Source of the DNA: Centroscyllium fabricii
Taxonomy: Eukaryota
Reading direction: 5' to 3'
Length of the DNA: 64,000 nucleotides
NCBI GenBank assembly: GCA_051313645.2
Contig: JBNRSN020000003.1
Location: forward strand, 517,762,001 to 517,826,000
Shown: piece by piece, positions 12,123 through 23,454 of the stretch
How the letters are laid out: every line of letters begins with the position of its first letter
Numbering within the stretch: the first letter of the stretch is position 1
Notes under the pieces: generated by a model
The model's input: only the letters and a program-made list of their open reading frames with translations
What the model was told of the DNA's origin: nothing
Databases searched by the model: none
Program-made: the position numbers and the translations under genes

Positions 12123-12355
12123 ATTGTAATTAAATGGTATAATGCTCCTCTTCTTATAAAACAGCATATCATCCAATTCATCTTGAACATTAGCCTGGCG
12201 ATCCGGATGATGGTGAACTGGCAGCATTCGCTGTCATTCAGCCTGTGAAACGGACTGCCACTTTGGAATTTGGCGCATGCGCAGTTGCGGTCTGTAATTC
12301 ACAGATGTAAGAAGTCACACAACACCAGGTTATAGTCCAACAGTTTCATTTGAAA

Positions 12356-12392
12356 TCACAAGCTTTCGGAGCACTGCTCCTTCGTCAGGTGA
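12356..12392 (-). ncRNA. Minimal hammerhead ribozyme motif in a second Penelope-like family (element about 12308-12600)
   Basis: Minus strand TCAC-CTGACGA-A-GGAGC AGT GCTCC-GAAA-GC-TT-GTGA: canonical CUGANGA/GAAA core, stems I and II intact. Confidence 0.7.
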
Positions 12393-13552
12393 AGTGAAGA
12401 GGTGCACATAGGCTCAGCATATATAGTCAGAAAACAATGCTAGATGATTACAGGTAATTTTTCTAACTGCCCTTGATCACACCTCGGCAGAGAGATAATC
12501 ACCGCAATCAAAGGTGTAAATGGTGTCCAAACAGGTCAGTCAGCAAAACATTCCATCAAAGAACAATGAGGTGGGGTCACCTCCACATCAAGTAATTCAC
12601 AGCTCTGACACAGACAGCGCTGTGAACCCCCCCCCCACCCCCCCACCACTGCCACCCACCCACCCACAGAGCCAGCAATCAGTGTAATCACTCAAAGCAG
12701 GGAAGCTGACAAAAACTCTACCGTTCTTCTGCAGGTACCTGTAGTACGCTGTTAAATCTCCCACTAAAAGTTGGACCAAAAGGGATTAGGTGTAACTGGG
12801 GTTTTAACAGTGTATTTACTGTTAAACAAAGGTTATGAGCCTGCAAAAACGAATTTTATTTTTGAGCAGTATCAAATTTATCCATTTTAATAAAAAGTAA
12901 CATTTTTAAGAAATTTAAAAAAATGATTTTTTTAAATAGTTTGTTCATCATTATTTCAGCTTTGCCTTTTCCCCATGTGAGAGCCCCAATCTTCGTTTTG
13001 CTCTCACTAACATTTTTCAAAAGTTAGAATTTTAAGAGTGTACCCACTTCCTGGTTCACTGTCTGAGAATTCTTGATTGGCTGCTTAAACGGCTTGTTGA
13101 TGTCACAGCAGCTCTCACAAGGGAATCCCCACTAAACTCCATTGATTTGAATTGAACCTCGGAAAACCCGCAACTCTGGACACAGATCACGAGATCCTTC
13201 TGCGAAGCTTACTTCGTGGCCATCGGCGAATGACTTCGCTTTGCCGCTGACTGCAAATTCCAGGCCAATGTGTATATTACACACAAACACAGTAATACCA
13301 TTAATTTGACACTAGTACATGAACTTAACCAAACAAGTTCAATATTTTTGTATATGGTTTCAGTGTCAGACGATATCTTATAAACTGGCAATACAAACTA
13401 AATTTACAAACTACGCACAGTGTAAATTAAAGATGATCAGCATATAAAAAGGAACAGAACAAGGGGGAGGGAGAAGGGAAAAATAAAACACATCTACAAA
13501 CACAGGAAGATCTTTCCATCTTGGCAGTGTCTGGTTCAATGCTGGCTTCCCT

Positions 13553-13922
13553 AGAAACATAAGAACATAAGAATTAGAAGCAGGAGTAGGACATTCAGCC
13601 CCTCGAGCCTGCTCCACCATTCAATAAGACCATGGCTGATCTACCTCAACTCTACTTTACTGAATTATCCCCATACCCCTTGATTCCCTTAATATCCAAA
13701 AATCTTTCGACCTCTGTCTTGAATATACTCAACGACGGAGCCTCCACAGCTCTCTGGGGTAGAGAATTCCAAAGATCCACCACCCTCTGAGTGAAGAAAT
13801 TTCTACTCATCTCAGTCCTAAATAGCCGACCCTTTATTCTGTGATGGTGACTCCTAGTTCTGGACTCAACTAGGAAAAACATCCTCCCTGCATCCACCCG
13901 GTCAAGCCCTGTAAGAATTTCG
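13553..13922 (-). mobile_element. CR1 LINE 3' fragment
   Basis: NFFTQRVVDLWNSLPQRAVEA and CR1 tail. Confidence 0.88.
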
Positions 13923-16427
13923 TATGGCAGATGCAGTATATTGTGAATAAATGCGAGGTTATCCACTTTGGTGGCAAAAACAGGAAGGCAGGTTATTATC
14001 TGAACGGCAATAGATTGGGAAAAAGGGAAGTGCAACGAGACCTGGGTGTCCTTGTGCACCTGTCGCTGAAGGTAAGCATGCAGGTGCAGCAGGCAGTTAA
14101 GCAGCAGAGTGATGAACCTGTGGAATTCTCTACCACAGAAGGCAGTTGAGGCCAAGTCATTAAATATATTCAAGAAGGAGTTGGATATATTTCTTAAGGC
14201 TAAAGGGATATGGGGAGAAAGCAGCGATAGGTGTTACGTTTCCGCGTTGTCACTGTTAGGTTACCTTTCTGTTCCTTCGAGGTGTGTGTGCGTGAGGCTA
14301 TGAGACACAGGCACAGAGAGCTTTATAACACAGGTCTTTTAATGATTGATCTCAGGTGGAAGCCCATTGATACATTCGGTACAGCGCCTTTTATACTCAG
14401 TTGCCTAAAGCTGCACTACTGTATCATTCCACTATACAATACAAGTTCCAGTACAGCTGCTATGCCATTGGCTCACAGGCTGATACAGCGGCATTGCCAT
14501 TGGCTCACAGACTGTCCATCATAGCCTACTCACATACACCACACTCCTCCCCCCTTACATGAGCACATCACCCCTCTTTGTTTTCATTAACATTTTAACA
14601 ACAGTACAATGTTATTATTCATAACTAGGCAATTCTACTGTGCTCATTTACTAACATGAACATACTACAATTTTACTTGTTACAACATGGTTGTCTAGTG
14701 ACTCCTTACTTTAACATTTAGCACAACATTAATAAGAGTCAATGAAATTACTTTATCATTCATCCCAAGCCCTGATATTCGGCATAAGGATCTTCCTCCG
14801 TCGTTGGAAACGTGTCCATGTACAGTCCTTGAACGGGTTTGCCCGTGACTGGGTTAATCTTGGTGTTAGGATGATGGCATTCGTGTTCCCTTGGTTGTTT
14901 AATTTCTGCAGCACTTCTTACTGCTGATTCATGCGACACCGCTATGTTAAAAGCTGTCCCCAAGGTTAAATCTTTCTTTGTCAAGAGAAGTTTCTGTGTG
15001 CTTTCACTCAGCAATTCACAAACAAATCTGTCTCTTAATAGTTCAGTTCGCATCAAATTTAAAAGAGTAATCGCTTTCCGGTCTTCCGCTATTTCAACCC
15101 TTTCTAAAAAGGGTCCCAGTTCTCGATATCATTATCGAACGCTGTTACCTGTGCCATCTTCAGGTATCTTTTCTTTTTCAGTTTTCAAAAACTTTTCTTT
15201 CTTTTTCAAAACTTTTCTTTCTTTTTCAAAACTTTTCTTTTTCAAAACGTTTTAAAATTTTTCGTTTTAAAATGGCTTCTGCCTCGTTTTGAAAATTTTA
15301 CAAAATGGCTGCTGCCTCATTTTGATTTTCAAAATGGCGTTCGCCTTTCTCCTTTCCTAAGATGGCGCTCGCCTTCCACGATGCTTGCCGCGCCCTTTAC
15401 AACGCTACTTCAGGGTAAGGGAACAAAACGACTTCCTCAGCCCCTTTTTCCCTTCCTCTCCGTTCTTTCAGGTTCCTCCTGCAGGTAAAGAAAAAAACCC
15501 GGCTTCCTCAGCCCCTTTCCCTTCCTCCCCGTTTTTGCAGGTTCCTGCCGCGATCCCCGCGGTCTCCTCGGTGGCCTGGCGTTACTATGTCCCCAGCAGT
15601 GGCCTTCCCCACCCCCAGACACAGCGTTCCCCCTACTAAACCACCGGGGGCTTCCCGACTCACCCCGTGTCAATTACAGCGGCGTCGGTCTCTTCAACGC
15701 CTGGACATCGATCTCCTCTGCCGTTTGCTGGAGAGTCAACACTGACCCTCCACAGCTGCTTTGCTCAACATTCCTGCCCTCAGGCTGCCTGTTTGCTGGC
15801 CAGCCTGTTTTTCAGGTTTGTCTGTGCTCTGTGTTGGCTGCTGCTGCTGCTTGCCCAGCCTCTGGTTCTGCCTCCAGGCCGTTTTTAAACAGTGCTTTTC
15901 TGGCTGCTCCTTCTTTGGATTTTCTGGGTGCTTCTTCTTTGAATGCCCCAGTCTTCAGACTTTTTCTGAAAGTCACTGCAGGTCCAGATTTACCCTCTAT
16001 CTCGTCGCCACTGTTACGTTTCCGCGTCATCACTGTTAGGTTACCTTTCTGTTCCTTCGAGGTGTGTGTGCGTGAGGCTATGAGACACAGGCACAGAGAG
16101 CTTTATAACACAGGTCTTTTAATGATCGATCTCAGGTGGAAGCCCATTGATACATTCGGTACAGCGCCTTTTATACTCAGTTGCCTAAAGCTGCACTACT
16201 GTATCATTCCACTATACAATACAAGTTCCAGTACAGCTGCTATGCCATTGGCTCACAGGCTGATACAGCGGCATTGCCATTGGCTCACAGACTGTCCATC
16301 ATAGCCTACTCACATACACCACAATAGGGTACTGAATTTGGATGATCAGCCATGATCTCATTAAATGGCGGCGCAGGCTCGAGGGGCCAAATGGCCTACT
16401 CCTGCTCCTATCTTCTATGTTTCTATG
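13923..16427 (+). mobile_element. Internally deleted CR1 fragment, head-to-head with the previous copy and split by an LTR element
   Basis: KCEVIHFG...QRDLGVLVH, then LWNSLPQKAVEA; tail resumes at 16329-16427. Confidence 0.8.
14232..16323 (-). mobile_element. Non-autonomous Gypsy-derived LTR element (about 2.1 kb)
   Basis: 312-bp LTRs at 14232-14543 and 16012-16323 (about 3 mismatches); TSD ATAGG at 14227-14231 and 16324-16328; minus-strand PBS TGGCGACGAG next to 16012 and PPT next to 14543; gag remnant LRDRFVC..L. Confidence 0.95.
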
Positions 16428-17504
16428 GGTACCCTTTATACTGTCTCACCTTGGTCCTCAGAATCAGACCATGATCAGTCCCAACACCAGCAGCAGCACC
16501 ACCACCACCACCCTTCTCTGCAGTCACCTGATACTGCACAGGGCACGGCATCAGCACCCGAACACATTGCTGCTTGGAAGGCCAGGGATGGCCTCACCAT
16601 GGCCAGACGTACTTCACTTGACACTGTACACCCTGGCTGCCACATGATACACCAGGTTGACACCACCCCACACCAACACCATCAAGCATCCCTACAATGT
16701 CCAAGCCATTCCTTTCACACTCGTCGTCATTGCGGGGCTACCGTTATGCCTCGCCATTCACTTGTAGAGATTCATGTGTCTCTGGTAAACAGGATCGATT
16801 GCAAACCAATATGGTGGGTATATTGTGTTTAATCGGAGTTTAGGACGGAATCTAACACACTAGTTAGTAACACAGCAAAAACATATGACCATGACAGGCA
16901 GCTGGTATCGGACCCGATCGGACAGACGGCTGGCATGCGTGAACAGTTCTCTGGCTTCTGGCCTCTCTCTCTTTCACTCTAGAACCCCCAATGGTGAGCA
17001 TGGGATCACTCTCAAAAGAGCGTTCGACCAGCCCAATGTATCTTTGCAACTTCTCTCCATCGTCTCTGTGGGCAGGCCATTGGGGTGGCACTTTTTATTC
17101 TCTTTTTAGGGGGGGGGGCCTGAGGTTACGTTATTGACGAGACCATTTAACCTGTAGAGGTTCATCTAAAACTTCATCAACCAATGATAACTCAAGTTCA
17201 TTGCCTTGGTTCTTGGATGAAAGCCCTCCTGAAAAGAGGGTCTCATTACTTCATCCAAATTTAGCTTTCTTGTTTTTACATTTTGAAGGTTCCTTCATTG
17301 GAATCCATCTCATCTCTCTTGACTCTATCCTCCTTAAGTACAAGGCCCGGCCCTGACCCTCTTAATCATGGCCCCAGTCAGAGCTGTCGCACATTAGCCA
17401 GTTGCTATCTCACCTTCATCTAGCAAATGGCCCATTCTAAGATGGATACCTTAGCCTCCTCAAATTCCTTTCATTCTATGTCTTTTCCTAATTAACTTTT
17501 AATT

Positions 17505-18256
17505 GGCCCAAAAATTAGCCTTGGAGCCTTCCTGCGAGTGCAAGGCTCCAAGGTACACTTACTCTGCACTTCTGCCGTTTTGCAATTATGGGTTGTGAAA
17601 TCCCAAGTTGTACAGCTGCTGTAAGCTCCAAGCGACCTGCTGGTGCAACTCAACGGCATAGTTAGTGGGAGATATCGCAGAGGACCATGTGATCTGCAGG
17701 GAGCCAATCAATGGAAGCAATCCTCCATTCATAACTTACATGGGAAAATCTGTGTAAGTTATGAAAAGGAAGAGCTTCAAAAACACATCTAAACACAAAA
17801 ATAAAATTTAAAAAACACATTTTTTCCACAATACTCTTAACATAAATTACCTATTTTAAAGAAAAAATAAAAATTTAACAATTTTTTAAAAGTTTTTAAC
17901 TGGCCTAAAAGAATACTTAGCTGTCTTTAAAGTAAAAAAAAAATTAAAAACCTGTTAAAACAATACTTAAATTCTATAAAATAAAGACTTACCTGCTAAA
18001 AACGGGTGGTTACGGCTAATATTTTTAAGTGTAAAATCTTCAATACTTACCCCGATAAAAAACTCAGAAAAAAATCGATAGTCCACCTCCTGGTGCGCAG
18101 GCGAACGCGATCCAGCTCGCAGCAGCTCGCGATCCCCCGCTGGCCGTCATTGGAATTACAGGTAGCAGCTGGAAACGGCTGCCACCTGCAATTCGGAACT
18201 CGGGTGCGTGAGTACCCGGCTCGAAAACCTCCCGCGCTCATCGGGATTTCTGGCCC
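17505..18256. mobile_element. Non-autonomous Harbinger-type MITE
   Basis: GGCCCAAAAATT...ATTTCTGGCCC termini; ATT on both flanks. Confidence 0.8.
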
Positions 18257-18695
18257 ATTATCTACACAAGCAGTTCTGCTAAACAAACTCCAAATTCTCT
18301 GTGGAGATTATAATGTTATTAGTAATAATGGAAGGAACATAGGTTGGGCCTTCACTGGCCAAGTTAAAGATACATTAACAAAGTCAAAATCCTAACTTAT
18401 AAACAACAGATAACTAGCCTGGCAGGGCCATCCTATGGGCCCCCGTGTGAAATGTTCATGTTTCATCTAATCTAACTGATTAAAAAGACGGTCTCAAATT
18501 CTAATGCAAGCTCTCCAGGAAAATGAAACTTATCATTTAAAAACAGTATTATTCATGTAGCCATATACATTTTTAGGCACTCCTAGTTTCTAACACACTG
18601 CAAGTCACTAAACTACTTCCAAAGGTGCACACAAATCTATCCAAGAACAGAAAGTGTTCAAAATAAAGATTTCAATGTTTGATACTCCCATGATT

Positions 18696-21341
18696 CCTCA
18701 AACGAGGCACTATGGGTGGAGGTAAAAAATAAAAGGGGGGGGGGGGGGGCACCTTACTGGGAGTATATTATAGACCACCAAACAGTAAAGGGGAGATGGA
18801 GGGTAAGATATGTGAGCAAATCACGAAGATAAGCGAAAATAACAAAGTAATAATATTAGGGGACTTTAATTTCCCCAACATCAACTGGGATTGTCAGAGT
18901 GTGAGGGGCACGGAAGGTTCAGCATTCTTAAAATGCAGCCAAGAGAGTTTTTTGAAGCAATATGTTGGGTCACCTACAAGGGGGGGGGGGGGGCGGTACT
19001 AGACCTAATACTTGGGAACGAAGACGGGCAGATAGAGGAGGTAACAGTGGGGGAGCACTTCGGGGATAGCGACCACAATTCAGTTAGTTTCAAGATTGTA
19101 ATAGAGAAGGATAAAAATGGACCAGGGGTAAAAGTACTAAACTGGGGGAAGGCGGATTTCATTAAAATTAGGCGCGATGTAGCTGCAGTAGACTGGGGCC
19201 ATCTTCTCAGAGGAAGATCTGCATCAGAGCAGTGGGAGGCCTTCAGAGGGAAGGTCGGGAAGATACAGGAGGAACATGTTCCTGCAAAAATCAAGGGCGG
19301 GGGAGGTAAACAAAGGGAACCTTGGATGTCTAGGGATATATGTAAATCAATGAAGAAAAAAAGGGGGGCCTTCAATGAATATAAACGGCTAAAAACTGAG
19401 GAGGCGCTAGGGGAGTATAAGAAGTATAGGGGGGAATTAAAGAAGGAGATAAGAAAAGCCAAGAGGGGTCATGAGATTGCAATGGCCGGCAAAATCAAGG
19501 ATAACCCTAAGGCATTTTACAGTTATATAAAAAACAAAAGGATCACGAGGGAAAGAGTGGGGCCCATTAAGGACGATAGCGGAAAGCTGTGCGTCGAGCC
19601 CGAGGCGGTGGGGGAGGTACTAAACGAATTTTTCTCTTCAGTATTCACAAGAGAGAGGGACGGAACCGAATTCGTAATCGGACAGAGTGTAGGGGGGGTA
19701 ATTGAGGATATTACCATTACAAGGGAAGAAGTACTAGAAATCTTGGGAAGCTTAAAGGTAGACAAATCACCAGGGCCGGACGGGATGTTCCCCAGGCTGC
19801 TGTTCGAGGCCAGGGAAGAGCTTGCGGGCCCCCTGTCTCAAATTTTCAGGTCCTCTCTCGCGTCAGGGGAGGTACCCGAGGACTGGAGAACGGCTAATGT
19901 AGTACCCCTGTTTAAAAAGGGTAGTAGGGACAAACCGGGTAACTATAGGCCAATCAGTCTTACATCTGTAGTGGGGAAAGTAATGGAAAAAATTCTGAGG
20001 GACAAAATCAGTCTGCATTTGGAAAGGCAGGGTCTGATAAGAGATAGTCAACATGGCTTCGTCAAAGGTAAGTCGTGCCTAACTAATCTCTTGGAATTCT
20101 TCGAAGAGGTAACAAAAAGGGTGGATGAAGGGAGTACGGTCGACGTGGTGTATATGGACTTCAGCAAGGCTTTTGATAAAGTCCCACATAGGAGACTGAT
20201 AACAAAGGTAAAAGCACATGGGATACAGGGCAACGTGGCACAGTGGATTCAAAATTGGCTGGGGGACAGGAGACAAAGGGTAATGGTAGAGGGCTGCTTC
20301 TGTGACTGGAAACCAGTAACCAGCGGTGTCCCCCAAGGATCGGTTTTGGGACCCTTACTGTTTCTAGTATACATTAATGATTTGGACACGGGAGTAGGGG
20401 GTACGATCAGCAAATTTGCTGATGATACGAAAATTGGAAGGGTGGTAAATAACGATGAAGATAGTAAAAGGCTCCAGGAAGATATAAATGTAATGGTTAG
20501 TTGGGCAGAAAAATGGCAAATGGAGTTCAACCCAGAGAAATGCGAGGTCATACAATTCGGCAGACCAAATGGGGTAAGGGAATATACCATGAACAAAAAA
20601 ACGTTAGGTAGGACCGAGGAACAGAGGGACCTTGGGGTACAGGTGCACAGCTCCCTGAAGGTTGCTGGACACGTAAACAAGGTGGTAAAGAAGGCATACG
20701 GAATTCTCGCCTTTATTAACCAGGGCATAGTGTACAAAAGTAGGGAGGTAATGTTAAACTTGTATAACACGCTGGTGAGACCTCAGCTGGAGTACTGTGT
20801 GCAGTTCTGGTCACCGCACTTCAGGAAGGATGTGGTTGCCCTGGAGAGGGTGCAGAGAAGGTTTACCAGGATGATACCTGGTCTGGGGGACTTATGCTAC
20901 GAGGAAAGGCTGGACAGGCTGGGGTTGTTTGCCTTGGAGAAGAGAAGATTGAGGGGTGACATGATCGAGGTATACAGGATCATGAGAGGACACGATAAGG
21001 TGGATAAAGGGGCATTGTTTCCCTTGGTGGGAGAGTCAAGTACCAGGGGACATAGATTCAAGATTAGGGGGGGGAGGTTTAGGGGGGAGGTAAGGAGAAA
21101 TTTCTTTACTCAGAGGGTGGTGGAAGTGTGGAACTCCCTGCCTGTAAGGGTGGTGGAGGCAGAAATCATCGCAACATTTAAAAAATATTTGGACCAGCAC
21201 ATGAAGGACCGTAACATACAGGGTTATGGGCCAGATGCGGGCAAATGGGGTTAGTATAGTGAGGAGTTTCCTGGGCCGGTGCGGACTGGATGGGCCGAAT
21301 GGCCTTTATCCGCACTGTAAAGTTTCTATGATTCTATGATT
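18696..21341 (+). mobile_element. 5'-truncated young CR1 LINE
   Basis: Endonuclease C-terminal part (GVYYRPP, ILGDFN, DSDHN), full RT, (ATTCTATG)n tail. Confidence 0.96.
18891..21254 (+). CDS. CR1 ORF2 (partial endonuclease + reverse transcriptase)
   Basis: 787-aa open frame: KSPGPDG, NYRPISLTS, DFSKAFDKV, GVPQGSVLGP, FADD; the true frame upstream of about 18995 is 18796-19002. Confidence 0.93.
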   Translation: MSECEGHGRFSILKMQPREFFEAICWVTYKGGGGAVLDLILGNEDGQIEEVTVGEHFGDSDHNSVSFKIVIEKDKNGPGVKVLNWGKADFIKIRRDVAAVDWGHLLRGRSASEQWEAFRGKVGKIQEEHVPAKIKGGGGKQREPWMSRDICKSMKKKRGAFNEYKRLKTEEALGEYKKYRGELKKEIRKAKRGHEIAMAGKIKDNPKAFYSYIKNKRITRERVGPIKDDSGKLCVEPEAVGEVLNEFFSSVFTRERDGTEFVIGQSVGGVIEDITITREEVLEILGSLKVDKSPGPDGMFPRLLFEAREELAGPLSQIFRSSLASGEVPEDWRTANVVPLFKKGSRDKPGNYRPISLTSVVGKVMEKILRDKISLHLERQGLIRDSQHGFVKGKSCLTNLLEFFEEVTKRVDEGSTVDVVYMDFSKAFDKVPHRRLITKVKAHGIQGNVAQWIQNWLGDRRQRVMVEGCFCDWKPVTSGVPQGSVLGPLLFLVYINDLDTGVGGTISKFADDTKIGRVVNNDEDSKRLQEDINVMVSWAEKWQMEFNPEKCEVIQFGRPNGVREYTMNKKTLGRTEEQRDLGVQVHSSLKVAGHVNKVVKKAYGILAFINQGIVYKSREVMLNLYNTLVRPQLEYCVQFWSPHFRKDVVALERVQRRFTRMIPGLGDLCYEERLDRLGLFALEKRRLRGDMIEVYRIMRGHDKVDKGALFPLVGESSTRGHRFKIRGGRFRGEVRRNFFTQRVVEVWNSLPVRVVEAEIIATFKKYLDQHMKDRNIQGYGPDAGKWG

Positions 21342-21383
21342 AACAGAACCTTTACATGAATATTGGATAAAGCACCCAAGTGG

Positions 21384-21914
21384 CTACCCTTGTGTGTTGT
21401 TAGTTGGTATGATTGCATGAGGATGAGGGTGAGTATGAGGGGTGGTTAGTGTGATGGGGATGTGATAATGCAGAGGGATGGGTGGAGGTACAAGGTAAGT
21501 TGGTGTGAGGATGTGTAGGAGTAGGGTCGGGAAGGCAGAGTGATGGGGATGCGATGAGAGGCACAGCACGATGAAGGCGAGTGTGGCTTTGTACTAATGT
21601 TTTGTGATCTAATGAGATCAATGAAAGGTTTGTGCCACTGCACCCTGGTCCTCCTGACCACATCCCTTTTTGTGAACTCCTGTCCAATGTGCAACCAGGC
21701 CGTGTTGGTCTTCTTGGAAGGTCTCTTCCACCCATGGGAAGGGAAGAGGACCTCCCTGCTCCTTCTAATTGGGCCGGGAAATGTGCTGGGTGGGCTTAAC
21801 AAGCCCCATTAAGGTAAGTTCACTTTCCAGAGCGGGATGGAGCCAGCAGCAGGGTCGGGACCCGCCACTGATGTCACCAGCCCCAGACCCGACGAGGTAA
21901 GGAAACTCTCAGCC
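21384..21914 (-). mobile_element. Harbinger-derived fragment with a Myb/SANT-like ORF remnant
   Basis: REVLFPSHGWKRP...AWLHIGQE...VVRRTRVQWHKPFIDL in ORF 21446-21802(-), resembling the trihelix W...RT..Q..K.F.DL pattern. Confidence 0.65.
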
Positions 21915-22096
21915 AAAGTATTTGGACATAAGTTATGTCTATGCTTGCTCATTACAATGTCAGATATGGGTTCAAAGATTGGGAGATACAATTTTTTTGT
22001 TTCTGGAACTGAAAAGGGAATAATCTTTGTCATATTGGAGAGGCAGCATGGATGCAACAACCTTAGAATATATAAGTAAAGCAACAACATTTAGAC

Positions 22097-23377
22097 AGAA
22101 ACATAGAAGATAGGAGCAGGAGTAGGCCATTCGGCCCCTCGAGCCTGCTCCACCATTCAATGAGATCATGGCTGATCATCCAAATTCAGTACCTGTCCCT
22201 GCCTTCTCTCCATATCCCTTGATCCTTTTAGCCTTGAGAAATATATCTAACTCCTTCTTGAATATATTTAATGAATTGGCCTCTACTGCCTTCTGTGGTA
22301 GAGAATTCCACAGGGTCACCACTCTCTGGGTGAAAAAATTCCTCATTTCTGTCCTAAATGGTTTACCCCTTATCCTTAGACTGTGACCCCTGGTTCTGGA
22401 ATCCCCGACCATCGGGAACATCCTTCCTGCATCTAGTCTGTCTAGTCCTGTTAGAATTTTATAAGTTTCAATGAGATCCCCTCTCATTCTTCTAAACTCC
22501 AGTGAGTACAAGCCCAATCGACCTAATCTCTCCTCATACGTCATTCCTGCCATCCCAGGTATCAGCCTGGTGAATCTTCGCTGCACTCCTTCCATGGCAA
22601 GAACATCATTCCTCAGATAAGGTGACCAAATCTGCACACAATACTCAAGGTGTGGTCTCACCAAGGCCCTGTACAACTGCAGCAGGACATCCTTGTTCCT
22701 GTACTCGAACCCTCTCACTACGAAGGCCAACATACCAGTTGCCTTCTTAACTGCCTGCTGCACTTGCATGCTTACCTTCAATGACTGGTGCACAAGGACA
22801 CTCAGGTCTCGTTGCACTTCCCCTTCTCCCACTCTATTGCCATTCAGATAATCTGCCTTCCTGTTTTTGACACCAAAGTGGATAACCTTGCATTTATCCA
22901 CATTATATTACATCTGCCCAATCACCTAACCTGTCCAAATCATACTGGAGTTTCTTTGCATCCTCCTCACAGCACACATACCCACCCAGCTCTGTGTCGT
23001 CTGCAAACTTGGATATTACATCTAGTTCCCTCGTCTAGATCACTAATATATATTGTGAATAGCTGGGGTCCTAGGAACGATCCCTGCAGTACCCCACTAG
23101 TCACTGCCTGCCAATCGGAGAAAGACCCATTTATTCCAACTCTTTGCTTTCTGTCTGCCAACCAGTTCTCTATCCAAGTCAATACCTTGTCCCCAATCCC
23201 ATGTGCCTTAACTTTACACGCTAATCTGTTATGCAGGACCTTATACACCACATCCACTGGTTCTCCCTTATCTATTTTACCAGTTACATCCTCAAAGAAA
23301 TTCCAGTAGATTAGTCAAGTACTATTTACCTTTTGTAAATCCGTGTTGACTTTGTCCGATTCTGTCACTGTTCTCCA
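22097..23377 (-). mobile_element. CR1 LINE 3' fragment (RT C-terminal half)
   Basis: ORFs 22176-22901 and 22967-23257 with CR1 RT motifs; tail at 22097. Confidence 0.94.
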
Positions 23378-23454
23378 AGTGCTCTGCCATTATATCCTTT
23401 ATAATGGACTCTAGCATTTTTCCCACTACCGATGTCATGCCTCATGTTTATAAA

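Noticed and set aside
16430-17490. His/Gln-rich and acidic peptide stretches
   Set aside because: Fragmented frames and no recognisable family; probably decayed TE sequence, left uncalled
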